Origin: a virus
IMG/VR virus record: IMGVR_UViG_3300012925_000001
Length of the DNA stretch: 64,000 nt
Strand: one strand, 5' to 3'
Shown here: positions 1-8,764 of the stretch, one piece after another
Position numbering within the stretch: the stretch's first letter is position 1
How the letters are laid out: each line of letters opens with the position of its first letter
Notes under the pieces: model-generated
What the model was told of the DNA's origin: nothing
Databases searched by the model: none
The model's input: only the letters and a program-made list of their open reading frames with translations
Translations under genes and position numbers: made by a program

Positions 1-1
1 G

Positions 2-265
2 GTGCTGGCGAAGGCCGAGGAGTATGTGGCGGCCAGGCCGGGCTGGATGGTCAAGCCGATTATGGTCAGCAAGGCCAACACGGCTTATAGTGTCATCCAT
101 CACGGCGGTGGCATCGAGAACGAGCTGTTGAGGCGCGAGGGTATGGATCAGTGGGATATTACGCCGGGAGTGGTGGCTGCGTGGCGCGGGGCCAAGAGTA
201 ATGACCAGGGCCAGGAGGCGGAGGAGTTTGCGAGTCTGCTGGCGGGCGAGAGCTGGGCTGAGTAG
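2..265 (+). CDS. hypothetical protein, C-terminal part (gene starts left of the window)
   Basis: Frame open from window edge to TAG 263-265; third codon positions G/C-rich like neighbouring genes; no motif recognised. Confidence 0.5.
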   Translation: MLAKAEEYVAARPGWMVKPIMVSKANTAYSVIHHGGGIENELLRREGMDQWDITPGVVAAWRGAKSNDQGQEAEEFASLLAGESWAE

Positions 266-370
266 TGGAGCTGCTAGGCTGCGACGGGGCAATAGAAAAC
301 CTGCCGATTTGAGCGTCCGTGGGGGACTAAGCTTGGCAGGTGTATTAGGCATACTATAACAGCATTTCAG

Positions 371-399
371 TTGACTCACAACATGGATTCATGTAACTT
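371..399 (+). promoter_or_regulatory. sigma70-type promoter candidate P0
   Basis: TTGACT 371-376, 17-nt spacer, TAACTT 394-399, inside the 245-nt gap ahead of the 511-1740 gene block. Confidence 0.45.
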
Positions 400-510
400 A
401 GTAGTTGCCCGGTCTGGAGGCTTCGAGCCTCGCGTCGACGAACACTCCTAAGAAAGCCAGTACCAGTAGTTGGCGATTCTGAGCAGGCCGGGCGCAGGAG
501 CTCTAAGGTA

Positions 511-831
511 ATGGCCAAGCCGAAGTCAGTCCGTACAGGTGTCTATGTCGAGCGTGACGGCAGTCGGCACAAAGGACCGCTGATCTTGCTGACGCCGATG
601 CGTGTGACGGTGCTGCAGACGCATGCCAGGTTTATTAAAGATGCCAAGTCGAATGCGGGGCCGCCAGGGGATGTGTTCAGTCCAGTGGTGGTGTTTCGCA
701 GGTTCGGCTATACCGATGGCTGTCTTATAGGTAGCGAGTTGTACGTAATGCTGCAGGCCGAGTTCCTGCGCAAGTTCAAGTGGGCGGGCAGGCTGAAGAC
801 GATCGTGCGGACGACTGAGGAGGTTTGGTAG
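511..831 (+). CDS. hypothetical small protein (paralog pair A, copy 1)
   Basis: ATG 511 after AAGG; shares GVYxER ... YVMxxAEFLxxxxxxGRL ... EEV with the next ORF. Confidence 0.65.
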   Translation: MAKPKSVRTGVYVERDGSRHKGPLILLTPMRVTVLQTHARFIKDAKSNAGPPGDVFSPVVVFRRFGYTDGCLIGSELYVMLQAEFLRKFKWAGRLKTIVRTTEEVW

Positions 832-833
832 TT

Positions 834-1133
834 ATGCCGAAAGGTCAACGAGTGGCACCAGGCGTATACGGCGAACGAGCGGACTGGCTGACGGAGCACA
901 ATTTCAAGGCGATCGATTGCCACCACGACTGCGGCCTAAAGGTTGTCGTCGAGAGCAATGAAGTGCATCTGTGCGTTAGAGACGTGCTGGACAAGGGCGT
1001 ATGGTTTAGGCCTTTTAGATGGCCGGGAGGCAGGGCTGTCATGGTGTATGTGATGCCTAAGGCCGAGTTTCTGGAACGGTACGAACGGTTGGGACGGTTA
1101 GTAAAGGTACGTGGCCAGGAAGAGGTTGGGTGA
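834..1133 (+). CDS. hypothetical small protein (paralog pair A, copy 2)
   Basis: In-frame ATG 834 about 10 nt after GAGGAGG (track start 825 is TTG overlapping the upstream stop); similar to 511..831. Confidence 0.65.
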   Translation: MPKGQRVAPGVYGERADWLTEHNFKAIDCHHDCGLKVVVESNEVHLCVRDVLDKGVWFRPFRWPGGRAVMVYVMPKAEFLERYERLGRLVKVRGQEEVG

Positions 1134-1393
1134 TGCGCAAGTACAAGGGAGACGGTAAGGCACACGAGCTAGTAGAGTGCATAGCTGAACCTGAGGACAA
1201 GGTTGTGGCGTTGTACGTCAATGACTATCAGTGTTTGGCCAGGTTCCTGCAGCAAATGGCAGGCTGGTTTGCGCGGCGGCCGCAGGACGAGGTTGAGGTT
1301 GAGGTTGAAGCTGTGTTGCGCGTTCGCGGGCGGGACGGTGTCGTGGCGGAGTACCGGTGGGGAGCCGATTCTGGCGCTGGCGAGGGGCTGTGA
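1133..1393 (+). CDS. hypothetical small protein (paralog pair B, copy 1)
   Basis: TGATG stop/start overlap with upstream ORF; shares MRxxKxxGK and VRGxDxxVxEYxWG with 1393..1740. Confidence 0.65.
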   Translation: MRKYKGDGKAHELVECIAEPEDKVVALYVNDYQCLARFLQQMAGWFARRPQDEVEVEVEAVLRVRGRDGVVAEYRWGADSGAGEGL

Positions 1394-1740
1394 TGCGAGG
1401 GCACAAGGATGGCAAAGGTGAGTCAGTAGTCGAGTACTTCAGGAACTTCCTGAGGGATATGCCGGTTGTGGAGTTCATGGACGCGGTCGGGCGGGTGTTG
1501 GCTGCGGACGAGGCGGCTGGAACTAAGCCGTTGGAGGTGGTGGTGCTGGTGCGCGGTCACAACGACAGCATTGTCGAGTACAAGTGGGGTCAAGCTCCTG
1601 CTGTGGGCCGGGACCTAGTGCGGGAAGCTGCATGGACTAGGCCTTTTCAGATAGGTTCGTCGGAGCCATCGGTGCTGTGGTGGTCGAAGCCCGTTGGCGC
1701 GCAGTTGGCTTGGCCGGAAGAGCCTGTTGACGAGGACTAG
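1393..1740 (+). CDS. hypothetical small protein (paralog pair B, copy 2, C-terminally extended)
   Basis: ATG 1393 in TGATG overlap (track ORF 1357.. starts inside previous gene); similar to 1133..1393. Confidence 0.65.
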   Translation: MRGHKDGKGESVVEYFRNFLRDMPVVEFMDAVGRVLAADEAAGTKPLEVVVLVRGHNDSIVEYKWGQAPAVGRDLVREAAWTRPFQIGSSEPSVLWWSKPVGAQLAWPEEPVDED

Positions 1741-2282
1741 AGTTCTGGTGGCGTACGAAAATGCCGCAGCCGCGGAGCCGACTTCTTCGTTGTTCTATCG
1801 GACCGTGGGCGATCCAGAGGTCTATCCCGAGGGTTGAGCTGACTCGGGTGAGTGACGTAGGGTTCGGTTACCTGTCTCCAGTGGTCTAAAGCTGCCAGCT
1901 GTTCTTCAGGTGTGCCTCGGTGGCAGAACAGAGGCGATATGAGCAGGCTAGAGCCGCCCAGTCGGCGCAGTAGCTCAAGCTTCTCTAGCATGCGCAGTAG
2001 CTTGCTGACTCTGGACTTGTCGACACCGAGCTCTGCGGCAAAGTAAGTGTGCGGCCGAGCGCAGACTCCAGCGTAGCCAACCGCTTCGACCAGAAGTAGC
2101 GCCAGCCTGTAAGCATCTGCTGGTAGCTTGGTGTGCGCTAGCTTCGATAAGTCAGTCAAGCCCATATATGAGAACCCTCCTGGAAAGTAATAACGTCGAC
2201 GTTTTGGCCCTGACACGGCCGCGTTGAGCTCGCCTAACGGTTGACCTTTGGAGTCGGTCACGATCAGCTTGTCAGCAGACAT
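1737..2282 (-). CDS. winged-helix (MarR/GntR-like) DNA-binding protein, candidate regulator/repressor
   Basis: GAGGAG 5-6 nt before ATG 2282; segment AAELGVDKSRVSKLLRMLEKLELLRR reads as HTH recognition helix plus wing; only clear minus-strand gene in the left 18 kb, divergent from P1. Confidence 0.7.
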   Translation of the reverse strand: MSADKLIVTDSKGQPLGELNAAVSGPKRRRYYFPGGFSYMGLTDLSKLAHTKLPADAYRLALLLVEAVGYAGVCARPHTYFAAELGVDKSRVSKLLRMLEKLELLRRLGGSSLLISPLFCHRGTPEEQLAALDHWRQVTEPYVTHPSQLNPRDRPLDRPRSDRTTKKSAPRLRHFRTPPEL

Positions 2283-2311
2283 TCAGGCTCCTCGAAGGCA
2301 AGCGCACGGCC

Positions 2312-2340
2312 TCTATAGATGTTGTACAGGCTTGCTTGAA
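2312..2340 (-). promoter_or_regulatory. possible promoter of the winged-helix gene
   Basis: On minus strand TTCAAG (2340-2335), 17 nt, TATAGA (2317-2312), about 30 nt upstream of ATG 2282. Confidence 0.35.
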
Positions 2341-2817
2341 AGTTGTCTACAGAGACCACAAAAGTGGTCGTAACTGTTGTGTTGTGTGGTAGTTAGTCCT
2401 ATTCATATGAATATATAGAACACATGCATGCCGGCTGGAGCGAATAGAAGGCGAAGGAAGGGAAGGGATCCTCCTACATGAATCCGTGAATAAATAGTAA
2501 ATTTGAAAATTGGAATTTTGATAAAAAGTCCATGTGAGAGTCCAACGTTCTCGCAGGCGTCTCCCTACCCACCCCCACCCCCTTGACTAGGCGCACGCGC
2601 GCGGGTGGAGCTTGCGCTTGGATGACGACGCGCGCACGAAGTGAAAGCTAGGGGGAAGGGGGAGAGTAGGCGTGGGGTCGAGCGCGGCGGGGGAGTAGCC
2701 GAGGTAGTAGCAATGACTGCGACGACGGCCTAGGCGCACGCCACGGGCGGCGGCGGCACGACCGAGCACATGACTAGAAGGTAACGTTACCAACACTAAC
2801 TATGCTTGCGAATTGTG

Positions 2818-2846
2818 TTGACAATGGTTGCGCACAGTGGTGAACT
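2818..2846 (+). promoter_or_regulatory. sigma70-type promoter candidate P1 (early operon)
   Basis: TTGACA 2818-2823, 17 nt, TGAACT 2841-2846 with TG at -14/-15; upstream block GAATTGTG(-)TTGACAA is shared with P7 at 11438. Confidence 0.55.
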
Positions 2847-2904
2847 GTACCTGCAACATCGGACAGCGCAGCGTCCACACCAGCACCAGCATGAGGTAGT
2901 CCAC

Positions 2905-3066
2905 ATGACACTCAACAAGCAACGCACAGCAATGGCACAAGCAATACGCGAAGCAGTCGGAGCAGGTAGGCCGATGACAGTCGTACATCCATTGCTTACT
3001 ACGGCAGTGAACTGGGTTCCGTGCCCGGATAGCCAGCTACAGACGTCCGTCGCGCCCAGCAGCTAG
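2905..3066 (+). CDS. possible small ORF (53 aa) in the P1 leader
   Basis: ATG 2905 about 8 nt after GAGG; in-frame part of track ORF 2806..3066; no similarity recognised. Confidence 0.3.
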   Translation: MTLNKQRTAMAQAIREAVGAGRPMTVVHPLLTTAVNWVPCPDSQLQTSVAPSS

Positions 3067-3100
3067 CACGCAATCGCACGATCTTGCACGAAACTGCACG
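3066..3100. repeat. four GCACG boxes at exact 10-bp spacing
   Basis: GCACG at 3066, 3076, 3086, 3096; three more CACG at 3115, 3127, 3132. Confidence 0.8.
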
Positions 3101-3148
3101 TTGACCACCACCACCACGAAGTCACTCACGTCACGAAAGAGGAAGACA

Positions 3149-3529
3149 ATGCAGACTAGCCAAGCCGCTTTCAATTCCATGATGGATCACCGCAGTCTTA
3201 CAGCATTGCCCGCAGCACGCGGCGAAGCTGCGTTGCTGCAAGCTCCGGGCACGCCTACCGTTACGCCAATCGTCTACCGTACTGCCGAGTCGCTCGCCGA
3301 AACGTTGATTGAGATGGCAGAAGCTGCCGTTGCTGAGGACTGCAACAACGTCCGGCTAGTAGCAGGGTTCCGTGTGCTGTTCGTGCTCGCGGGCGACCGT
3401 AGACTGGACGCCAACATGTTTTACTTCGTGTACTCAGGCGTGGACAACAAAGGCAATAGCCTAATCTCGGAGCCTATGCCATTGTCGGTATGCGTGCAGT
3501 TGTTGCAGCAGTTGACGGCAACCTATTAG
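3149..3529 (+). CDS. hypothetical protein
   Basis: ATG 3149 five nt after GAGGAAG (track start 3101 is TTG); first long ORF after P1. Confidence 0.65.
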   Translation: MQTSQAAFNSMMDHRSLTALPAARGEAALLQAPGTPTVTPIVYRTAESLAETLIEMAEAAVAEDCNNVRLVAGFRVLFVLAGDRRLDANMFYFVYSGVDNKGNSLISEPMPLSVCVQLLQQLTATY

Positions 3530-3668
3530 CCATTGACGTACAATCGCGTAACAGGCTTGCGGTTGAGCAAGTGGCAATCTAGCCACCAACTTACAAGCTA
3601 CCAACCAACAGAGGCAATGCAAGCGAGCGACATCGTTCGCGGGCCAATCCTCAGATAAGGTGGATCAC

Positions 3669-4736
3669 ATGAGCGCACAAATTGAGAACAACCAACTCGC
3701 ATACGTAGCAGTCAACGGCGCACCGTGGCATGGACTCGGCAAGCCAGTGGAGCTTGGCGCAACAGGCGAAGAGATGCTAGTAGCTGCCGGCTTGAATTGG
3801 CCTGTACAGTGCCGTCGCCTTGCCATGCGTGGCGTGACTGAACGCGTACTCGACTCCGGCGTTCGCATTCTAGCCGTAGACACGACGCGCGGTATGCTCA
3901 CCGACCAGCTCAATGGTTTTCGCGCTGTAGTGCGTGGCGACAACGACCACGTGTTCCAGATAGCGAGCGATAGCTACCAACTGGTGCAAAACCTTGAAGT
4001 TGTCAACTTCTTCAAGGAGTTTTGCGAAGCAGGCCACGCCACGATGGAAACTGTGGGCGCACTTCGTGACGGTGCAGTCGTATGGGCTCTAGCCAAGCTC
4101 AACACCGGTGCAGCGTTTAGCATCACAGACGCGCGGGGCGATGCAACAGGCGACGAGTTGGAATCGTTTATGCTGCTGGCTACGTCGCATGACGGCAGCT
4201 TGAAAACTACAGGCGTGCCAACACAAGAGAGGGTAGTGTGCCGGAATACCTTGATGGCCGCGCTGCGCAATGGCGACGCGGTCAAAACTTTCTCGTTGAC
4301 ACATCGCAGCAAGTTCGACGATGCGGCCAAGTCTAAAGCTATGCGTGTGATGGAGATGGCACGGCATCAATTGGCTGATACCAACGACCTAGCGAATCAG
4401 CTTGCGCGTGTCACCATCGACCACGACGGATGGTTGGAGTTTATGTCCAAGCTCATGGGCGGCATGGATGCCGTGATCGACCCCAAAACGGCAGACTTGA
4501 CGAAGACGGCGCGGGATATACAGGATGCAACCATGACGAGTCCAGGGAGCGGTCTAGCGTCGGCGCGCGGTACGCTCTGGGGCGCGGTCAACGGTGTCAC
4601 GTACTACGTTGACCATCAGGCACGTAGCCGTAGCGACCAAAACCGCCTATTCTCGGCATGGTTCGGCAACGGTTCCGAGCGCAAGACGGCAGCGGTCAAA
4701 GCTGCGGTGGAACTGGCAGGGATTGGAAGCTATTAG
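3669..4736 (+). CDS. DUF932 / TIGR03299-type phage-plasmid protein
   Basis: N-terminus ...LAYVAVNGAPWHGLGKPV... matches the hallmark PWHGLG start of this family as I recall it; size (355 aa) typical; AAGGTGGA before ATG 3669. Confidence 0.75.
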   Translation: MSAQIENNQLAYVAVNGAPWHGLGKPVELGATGEEMLVAAGLNWPVQCRRLAMRGVTERVLDSGVRILAVDTTRGMLTDQLNGFRAVVRGDNDHVFQIASDSYQLVQNLEVVNFFKEFCEAGHATMETVGALRDGAVVWALAKLNTGAAFSITDARGDATGDELESFMLLATSHDGSLKTTGVPTQERVVCRNTLMAALRNGDAVKTFSLTHRSKFDDAAKSKAMRVMEMARHQLADTNDLANQLARVTIDHDGWLEFMSKLMGGMDAVIDPKTADLTKTARDIQDATMTSPGSGLASARGTLWGAVNGVTYYVDHQARSRSDQNRLFSAWFGNGSERKTAAVKAAVELAGIGSY

Positions 4737-4745
4737 CAGGGCGCG

Positions 4746-4784
4746 GCTAGGCGCATATTACCTCATCGGTGGTGCGCGCCTAGC
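4746..4784 (+). terminator. stem-loop after the DUF932 gene (no U-tract)
   Basis: GCTAGGCGC 4746-4754 pairs with GCGCCTAGC 4776-4784; 10 nt past the stop codon. Confidence 0.35.
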
Positions 4785-5011
4785 TCCGTAGTCCAACGCT
4801 AGTATCGCTCGACATTCCTAGACTAACGCTCACGGATGCCGAGTGAATATTAGATCTACAATCCAGCGTCAGCGACAGCCGTCCAGTACTTTAGTTTTAT
4901 TAGCAACCGTAGTCACCAGGCAACGTATATACAAACCGTGTCGCGTAGTGTAGCGTAGTTGAAGTAGCACACAGCACGTCCAAGTCACTCACCGAGAGGA
5001 AGACAACCGCC

Positions 5012-6004
5012 ATGAAAACCGTATTCAAAACCGCCGAACTGCCCCATCAATGGGCACATCAGCTAGCGCCAAAGGGACGCTCTAGCTCCAATCAGAGCTT
5101 TGAAGGTGTGGACTACTACAGCTACGGCACTGTGATCGCTAGCATCGTCTTCAACGATAAAGGTGAGCAAGCTTACCTTGTGAGCACTGGCAAATACTCC
5201 GTGAGCACGTCTAGCCACCAGTCTTGTGTACGCTCCGCCATACCAATCGGCGCACGCAAATTCTTCGTGCCGGGCGTTGATCGTGGTGGGTGGCATTTCA
5301 GCACGCCTGTACGCATCCTCCGCGCATGGGCTGAACAGTTCAACCGACTGTTAGTTGAGTCTAGTAAAAGCCGCAATCCCAAACGTGACAGACTGCGACT
5401 CGAAGCGTGTGCGTTAGTCGATACCATGACGGAGTACGCTGCGTGGCTTGGCGAAGACCGCGAAGACTTTGTCATGCCAACTAAACCGATGACAGACTTC
5501 GAAGTCACCCAAATACTCGCAGCTCAAGCCGAAAAGCGTGCCGCTTTGTATGCAGAACGTGACCGGAAAGAAAAAGAACAACTAGCAGAGCAACGCGTGC
5601 ACTTTGCGGATGCGCGTACAGCGTGGCTTGCTGGTGTCGATAACGCTTTGTGGATGTGGTCGCATTACTTCGATACGGAGCTACGCGTTGCTGGCGGATT
5701 CGTAGAAACGTCGCGTGGCGTATCGTTCCCGGTTAGCCATGCACGGCGCGGCTTGACTCTAGTCCACAATGTAATAGCATCCGGCAAAGAATGGCGCACC
5801 AACGGCCACACGCTCAAGCTAGGCAACTATGGCGTGGATAAGGTTACGACTGACGGCACGGTCTACGCAGGATGCCACGTAGTCAAGCTGGACGCGATTG
5901 AGCGTATCGCGGCGGAGCTGGACGCGGCCGTAGCTGGCACTGGCGTGGATGAATTCATGCAGGTTGGCACGTACGTCAATCCAGACGACCTAGTCAAGCT
6001 TTAG
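5012..6004 (+). CDS. hypothetical protein
   Basis: ATG 5012 after GTCACTCAC...GAGGAAGACAA leader box; 330 aa; no competing long ORF. Confidence 0.8.
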   Translation: MKTVFKTAELPHQWAHQLAPKGRSSSNQSFEGVDYYSYGTVIASIVFNDKGEQAYLVSTGKYSVSTSSHQSCVRSAIPIGARKFFVPGVDRGGWHFSTPVRILRAWAEQFNRLLVESSKSRNPKRDRLRLEACALVDTMTEYAAWLGEDREDFVMPTKPMTDFEVTQILAAQAEKRAALYAERDRKEKEQLAEQRVHFADARTAWLAGVDNALWMWSHYFDTELRVAGGFVETSRGVSFPVSHARRGLTLVHNVIASGKEWRTNGHTLKLGNYGVDKVTTDGTVYAGCHVVKLDAIERIAAELDAAVAGTGVDEFMQVGTYVNPDDLVKL

Positions 6005-6057
6005 GCCAAGCAGTTCGGCAGTTCAACGCACCACTAACTGAGGAAGGGAGCACTACA

Positions 6058-7257
6058 ATGACCACTCAAGCAAGCAACAGCGCCGCATCGAAAGCGATCT
6101 ACTTCACCACCAGCTTCTCAAGCTACGTTTCCGAGGGTGACTCAATCAGCGTGGAGCTGCCGTCTGGGTTCACGCTACTAGCCACAATCCACAGAGACGA
6201 CACGCAGGACTCGCCAGAAGAGCGCCAAGATGGCTTTTGGCCTAGCCTAGATCCTGAGAACGCTGGCTATGTAGGCGCGGGCGTCTCAGAGGAAGAGTTT
6301 GCCAAGCATCTAGCGTCTGCGCATCACGTCATGGAGTCATGGGAGCGTGACGAGTGGTTTTACGCTGGCGTAGACGTTCGCGTGTTCCGCAGTGGCGTGG
6401 AGCTGGTGAAGCATTACGAGCAGGCTTTGTGGGGCATTGAAGCGAACTATCCACAGCGCGATGATGCGCCGAATGACAACAGCTATTTGACGGATACGGC
6501 CAACGAATTGATCGATGAGGCTTTGGAGTTGGCGCATCAGCGCATTGACGAGTTGCTGGCTAAAGCGCCTACGGTGAAGTTAGCGGAGCCGAAGCCGGAG
6601 CCGGGCATCTATTGGGACTTATTCGAGAACGAAGTCACGCGTTACATCTCAATCGAAGTGCATGGCGTGCGCGACGTGTCAGATCCTGTTACACGTGAAA
6701 CTCGCGGTACAGAAGTCGAAGTTGATGACCTGAACCCGGAATTCTACAGCGTGTACCTGCGCGAGTCGGTCGAAGCTGGTGGATGCGTATATTGCATTGG
6801 TGACTTCCGCACGCTGATAGAAGCTAACACTGCGGGTATGGAGATACAGCAAAGGTACCCGCAGTTAGCCTTTGAGCTTATGTTCAACCATAAGGCTACG
6901 GATGCTTTTCTTGAGTATCTGCGGGCGGGCGTGTACAGCACGCGGACGGTGTACTTGTACTGCGAGAACCTTGCGCATGAGGCACGAAGGCTGATGCAGG
7001 TTGCGGAGGATGCGGGGAAGGCTTATGACACTGTAGTAGATCTAACGCCAGCGCCAGAGCCAGAGCCAGCCATCGAGACGACCTTTACGAACGTCACCAT
7101 CACAATCGCGTTGCCACCGCGTGAAGCCTACGACAAGCTTTGCGCATTACTCGCGGTTGGCGACCTAGCAGACTGGCAAACAGACAAATTCAAGACAACC
7201 GCTTACTACATGGACGAGGAACGGAAAACATCGGAGTTGTTTCCAGTTCAGGACTAG
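6058..7257 (+). CDS. hypothetical acidic protein
   Basis: ATG 6058 after CCACTAAC-GAGGAAGGGAG leader; 399 aa, D/E-rich. Confidence 0.8.
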   Translation: MTTQASNSAASKAIYFTTSFSSYVSEGDSISVELPSGFTLLATIHRDDTQDSPEERQDGFWPSLDPENAGYVGAGVSEEEFAKHLASAHHVMESWERDEWFYAGVDVRVFRSGVELVKHYEQALWGIEANYPQRDDAPNDNSYLTDTANELIDEALELAHQRIDELLAKAPTVKLAEPKPEPGIYWDLFENEVTRYISIEVHGVRDVSDPVTRETRGTEVEVDDLNPEFYSVYLRESVEAGGCVYCIGDFRTLIEANTAGMEIQQRYPQLAFELMFNHKATDAFLEYLRAGVYSTRTVYLYCENLAHEARRLMQVAEDAGKAYDTVVDLTPAPEPEPAIETTFTNVTITIALPPREAYDKLCALLAVGDLADWQTDKFKTTAYYMDEERKTSELFPVQD

Positions 7258-7319
7258 TAGGCCATCAGTCAACCACCACAGCAACTAAACCACTCAACGA
7301 GGAAGGGAGCACCACCAAC

Positions 7320-7937
7320 ATGAGCAATCCAACAGTACAACTACCGGATCCGGACGGCAACAACGAATCCCGTGCGATTGCGGGCGGCGACGCCTTACAG
7401 TACTTCGCATTCGAGCATGGCGAACGCACGGGCGAAGTCGGCGCATGGGGACTGACGTATGTAGATCCACAATCAGGCGCAACCACAGACTTACGCTTGC
7501 AGAACCTTGCAGACCTGCTCTCGAACCTAGCTCACTACTGCGACGATGATGGATTGGACTTTGGTCACGCTATGGCGCGCGCAGCCATGAACTACCTTGC
7601 TGAAACAGACGGAGCGGGCACACAGCTTGAGAATGAGTGTGGTTATCGTAAAACACCAGCATCCGCAGCCGAGCCGGACGAACACAGCGACTCCACAGCC
7701 GCATCACTTACCTGCCCGTCCTGCAAGCTTGGCACTTTACTTTACATCGAAGACGCCACAATCTCCCAATCCGTAACAGGCGTCCGCATGACTCAGAACG
7801 AGTGGGAGTTCGTTCTGGACGCGGACACGTCCACAGTCAACACCGTATACGGCTATGAGTCCGTACGTTGCAACGAATGCGACCAATTATGGTTCGCGTG
7901 GGACGTTGCCGATGCGCAACAGAAAGCAGGTGAGTGA
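7320..7937 (+). CDS. hypothetical protein with C-terminal Cys4 (CPSC...CNEC) zinc-ribbon-like motif
   Basis: ATG 7320 after CCACTCAAC-GAGGAAGGGAG leader; upstream part of track ORF 7140.. overlaps previous gene. Confidence 0.75.
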   Translation: MSNPTVQLPDPDGNNESRAIAGGDALQYFAFEHGERTGEVGAWGLTYVDPQSGATTDLRLQNLADLLSNLAHYCDDDGLDFGHAMARAAMNYLAETDGAGTQLENECGYRKTPASAAEPDEHSDSTAASLTCPSCKLGTLLYIEDATISQSVTGVRMTQNEWEFVLDADTSTVNTVYGYESVRCNECDQLWFAWDVADAQQKAGE

Positions 7938-8182
7938 TGCAAGTACCAATGAGATTCCGTCGTGAAGCCAAACGCGCAGTAGGCATCATGCTGTTCGCTG
8001 CGATCTACACACTGCTGTGCTGCATAGGGCATGGTCAACCGCCAACCAAGATCCATATCAAGCCTGTAGCTGTGCCTGTAGTCCCGGCTAGACTACTCGC
8101 GCAGCCAGTGCACATCCGCCAGTCTAGAGTCATAGCCGTGCCCCAGCTCTCAGTCAAGCCGATACGGATACCACGCTATTAG
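7937..8182 (+). CDS. hypothetical small protein with hydrophobic N-terminal segment
   Basis: TGATG overlap with upstream gene; segment VGIMLFAAIYTLLCCIG looks membrane-spanning. Confidence 0.4.
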   Translation: MQVPMRFRREAKRAVGIMLFAAIYTLLCCIGHGQPPTKIHIKPVAVPVVPARLLAQPVHIRQSRVIAVPQLSVKPIRIPRY

Positions 8183-8245
8183 TCAGTCAGCCCAGCAGCT
8201 CAACGCCAACGAACCACTCAACAAGAGGAAGGGAAGGACTACACA

Positions 8246-8764
8246 ATGCCATTGACTGAACAGTACACACCCGCAGCGCTAGCACTCGAACATCAGGGAA
8301 TCAAAATCTATCACGTATACAAACACAACATCATGGAGAATGGAAAACGCAGCTACCTCTTCGACGTGACTGAAGACTCGGATGAGAATGCGCAAACCTG
8401 TTTTGACATACGTGACCTGCTGACGAATGCCAAGCTCAGAGCATCTCTAGGAAGCCGGACGCAGCTTGGCACGAACGAGGATGTCTTTGAGGCTATTCGC
8501 CAAGCTATCGAATACCGCCTGATCGACTTGCACGATAAGCAGGAGTATCAACAGCCAGAACGCGCACAAGACATCAAAGGCCCGCTGAACGTTACTCAGC
8601 GTCAAGCGAATATCATCCTTGCCGCGCTCCGCAACTACCAGCTCGACATCGACAACGACATTCTGGTGACTGAGATTGAGACGATAGCCACGAATGATGG
8701 TGACTATCCGGCAGTCAAGCAGGATGAGATTGACGAGCTGTGTGCGATGGTGAATTTCGCCTAA
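8246..8764 (+). CDS. hypothetical protein
   Basis: ATG 8246 after CCACTCAAC...GAGGAAGGGAAGG leader; 172 aa. Confidence 0.75.
   Translation: MPLTEQYTPAALALEHQGIKIYHVYKHNIMENGKRSYLFDVTEDSDENAQTCFDIRDLLTNAKLRASLGSRTQLGTNEDVFEAIRQAIEYRLIDLHDKQEYQQPERAQDIKGPLNVTQRQANIILAALRNYQLDIDNDILVTEIETIATNDGDYPAVKQDEIDELCAMVNFA

Noticed and set aside
299-341. Possible hairpin ACCTGCC...GGCAGGT after the first partial gene
   Set aside because: It has only a 7-bp stem with a 29-nt loop and no T-run, which is too weak to call a terminator.
2587-2988. Minus-strand ORFs 2587..2796 and 2800..2988, and the 5' part of + ORF 2806..3066
   Set aside because: They are Arg/Ala/Gly- or Cys/His-rich low-complexity products with no SD. 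They overlap promoter P1 and the GC-rich structured block. I kept only the in-frame 2905..3066 segment, as a weak candidate.
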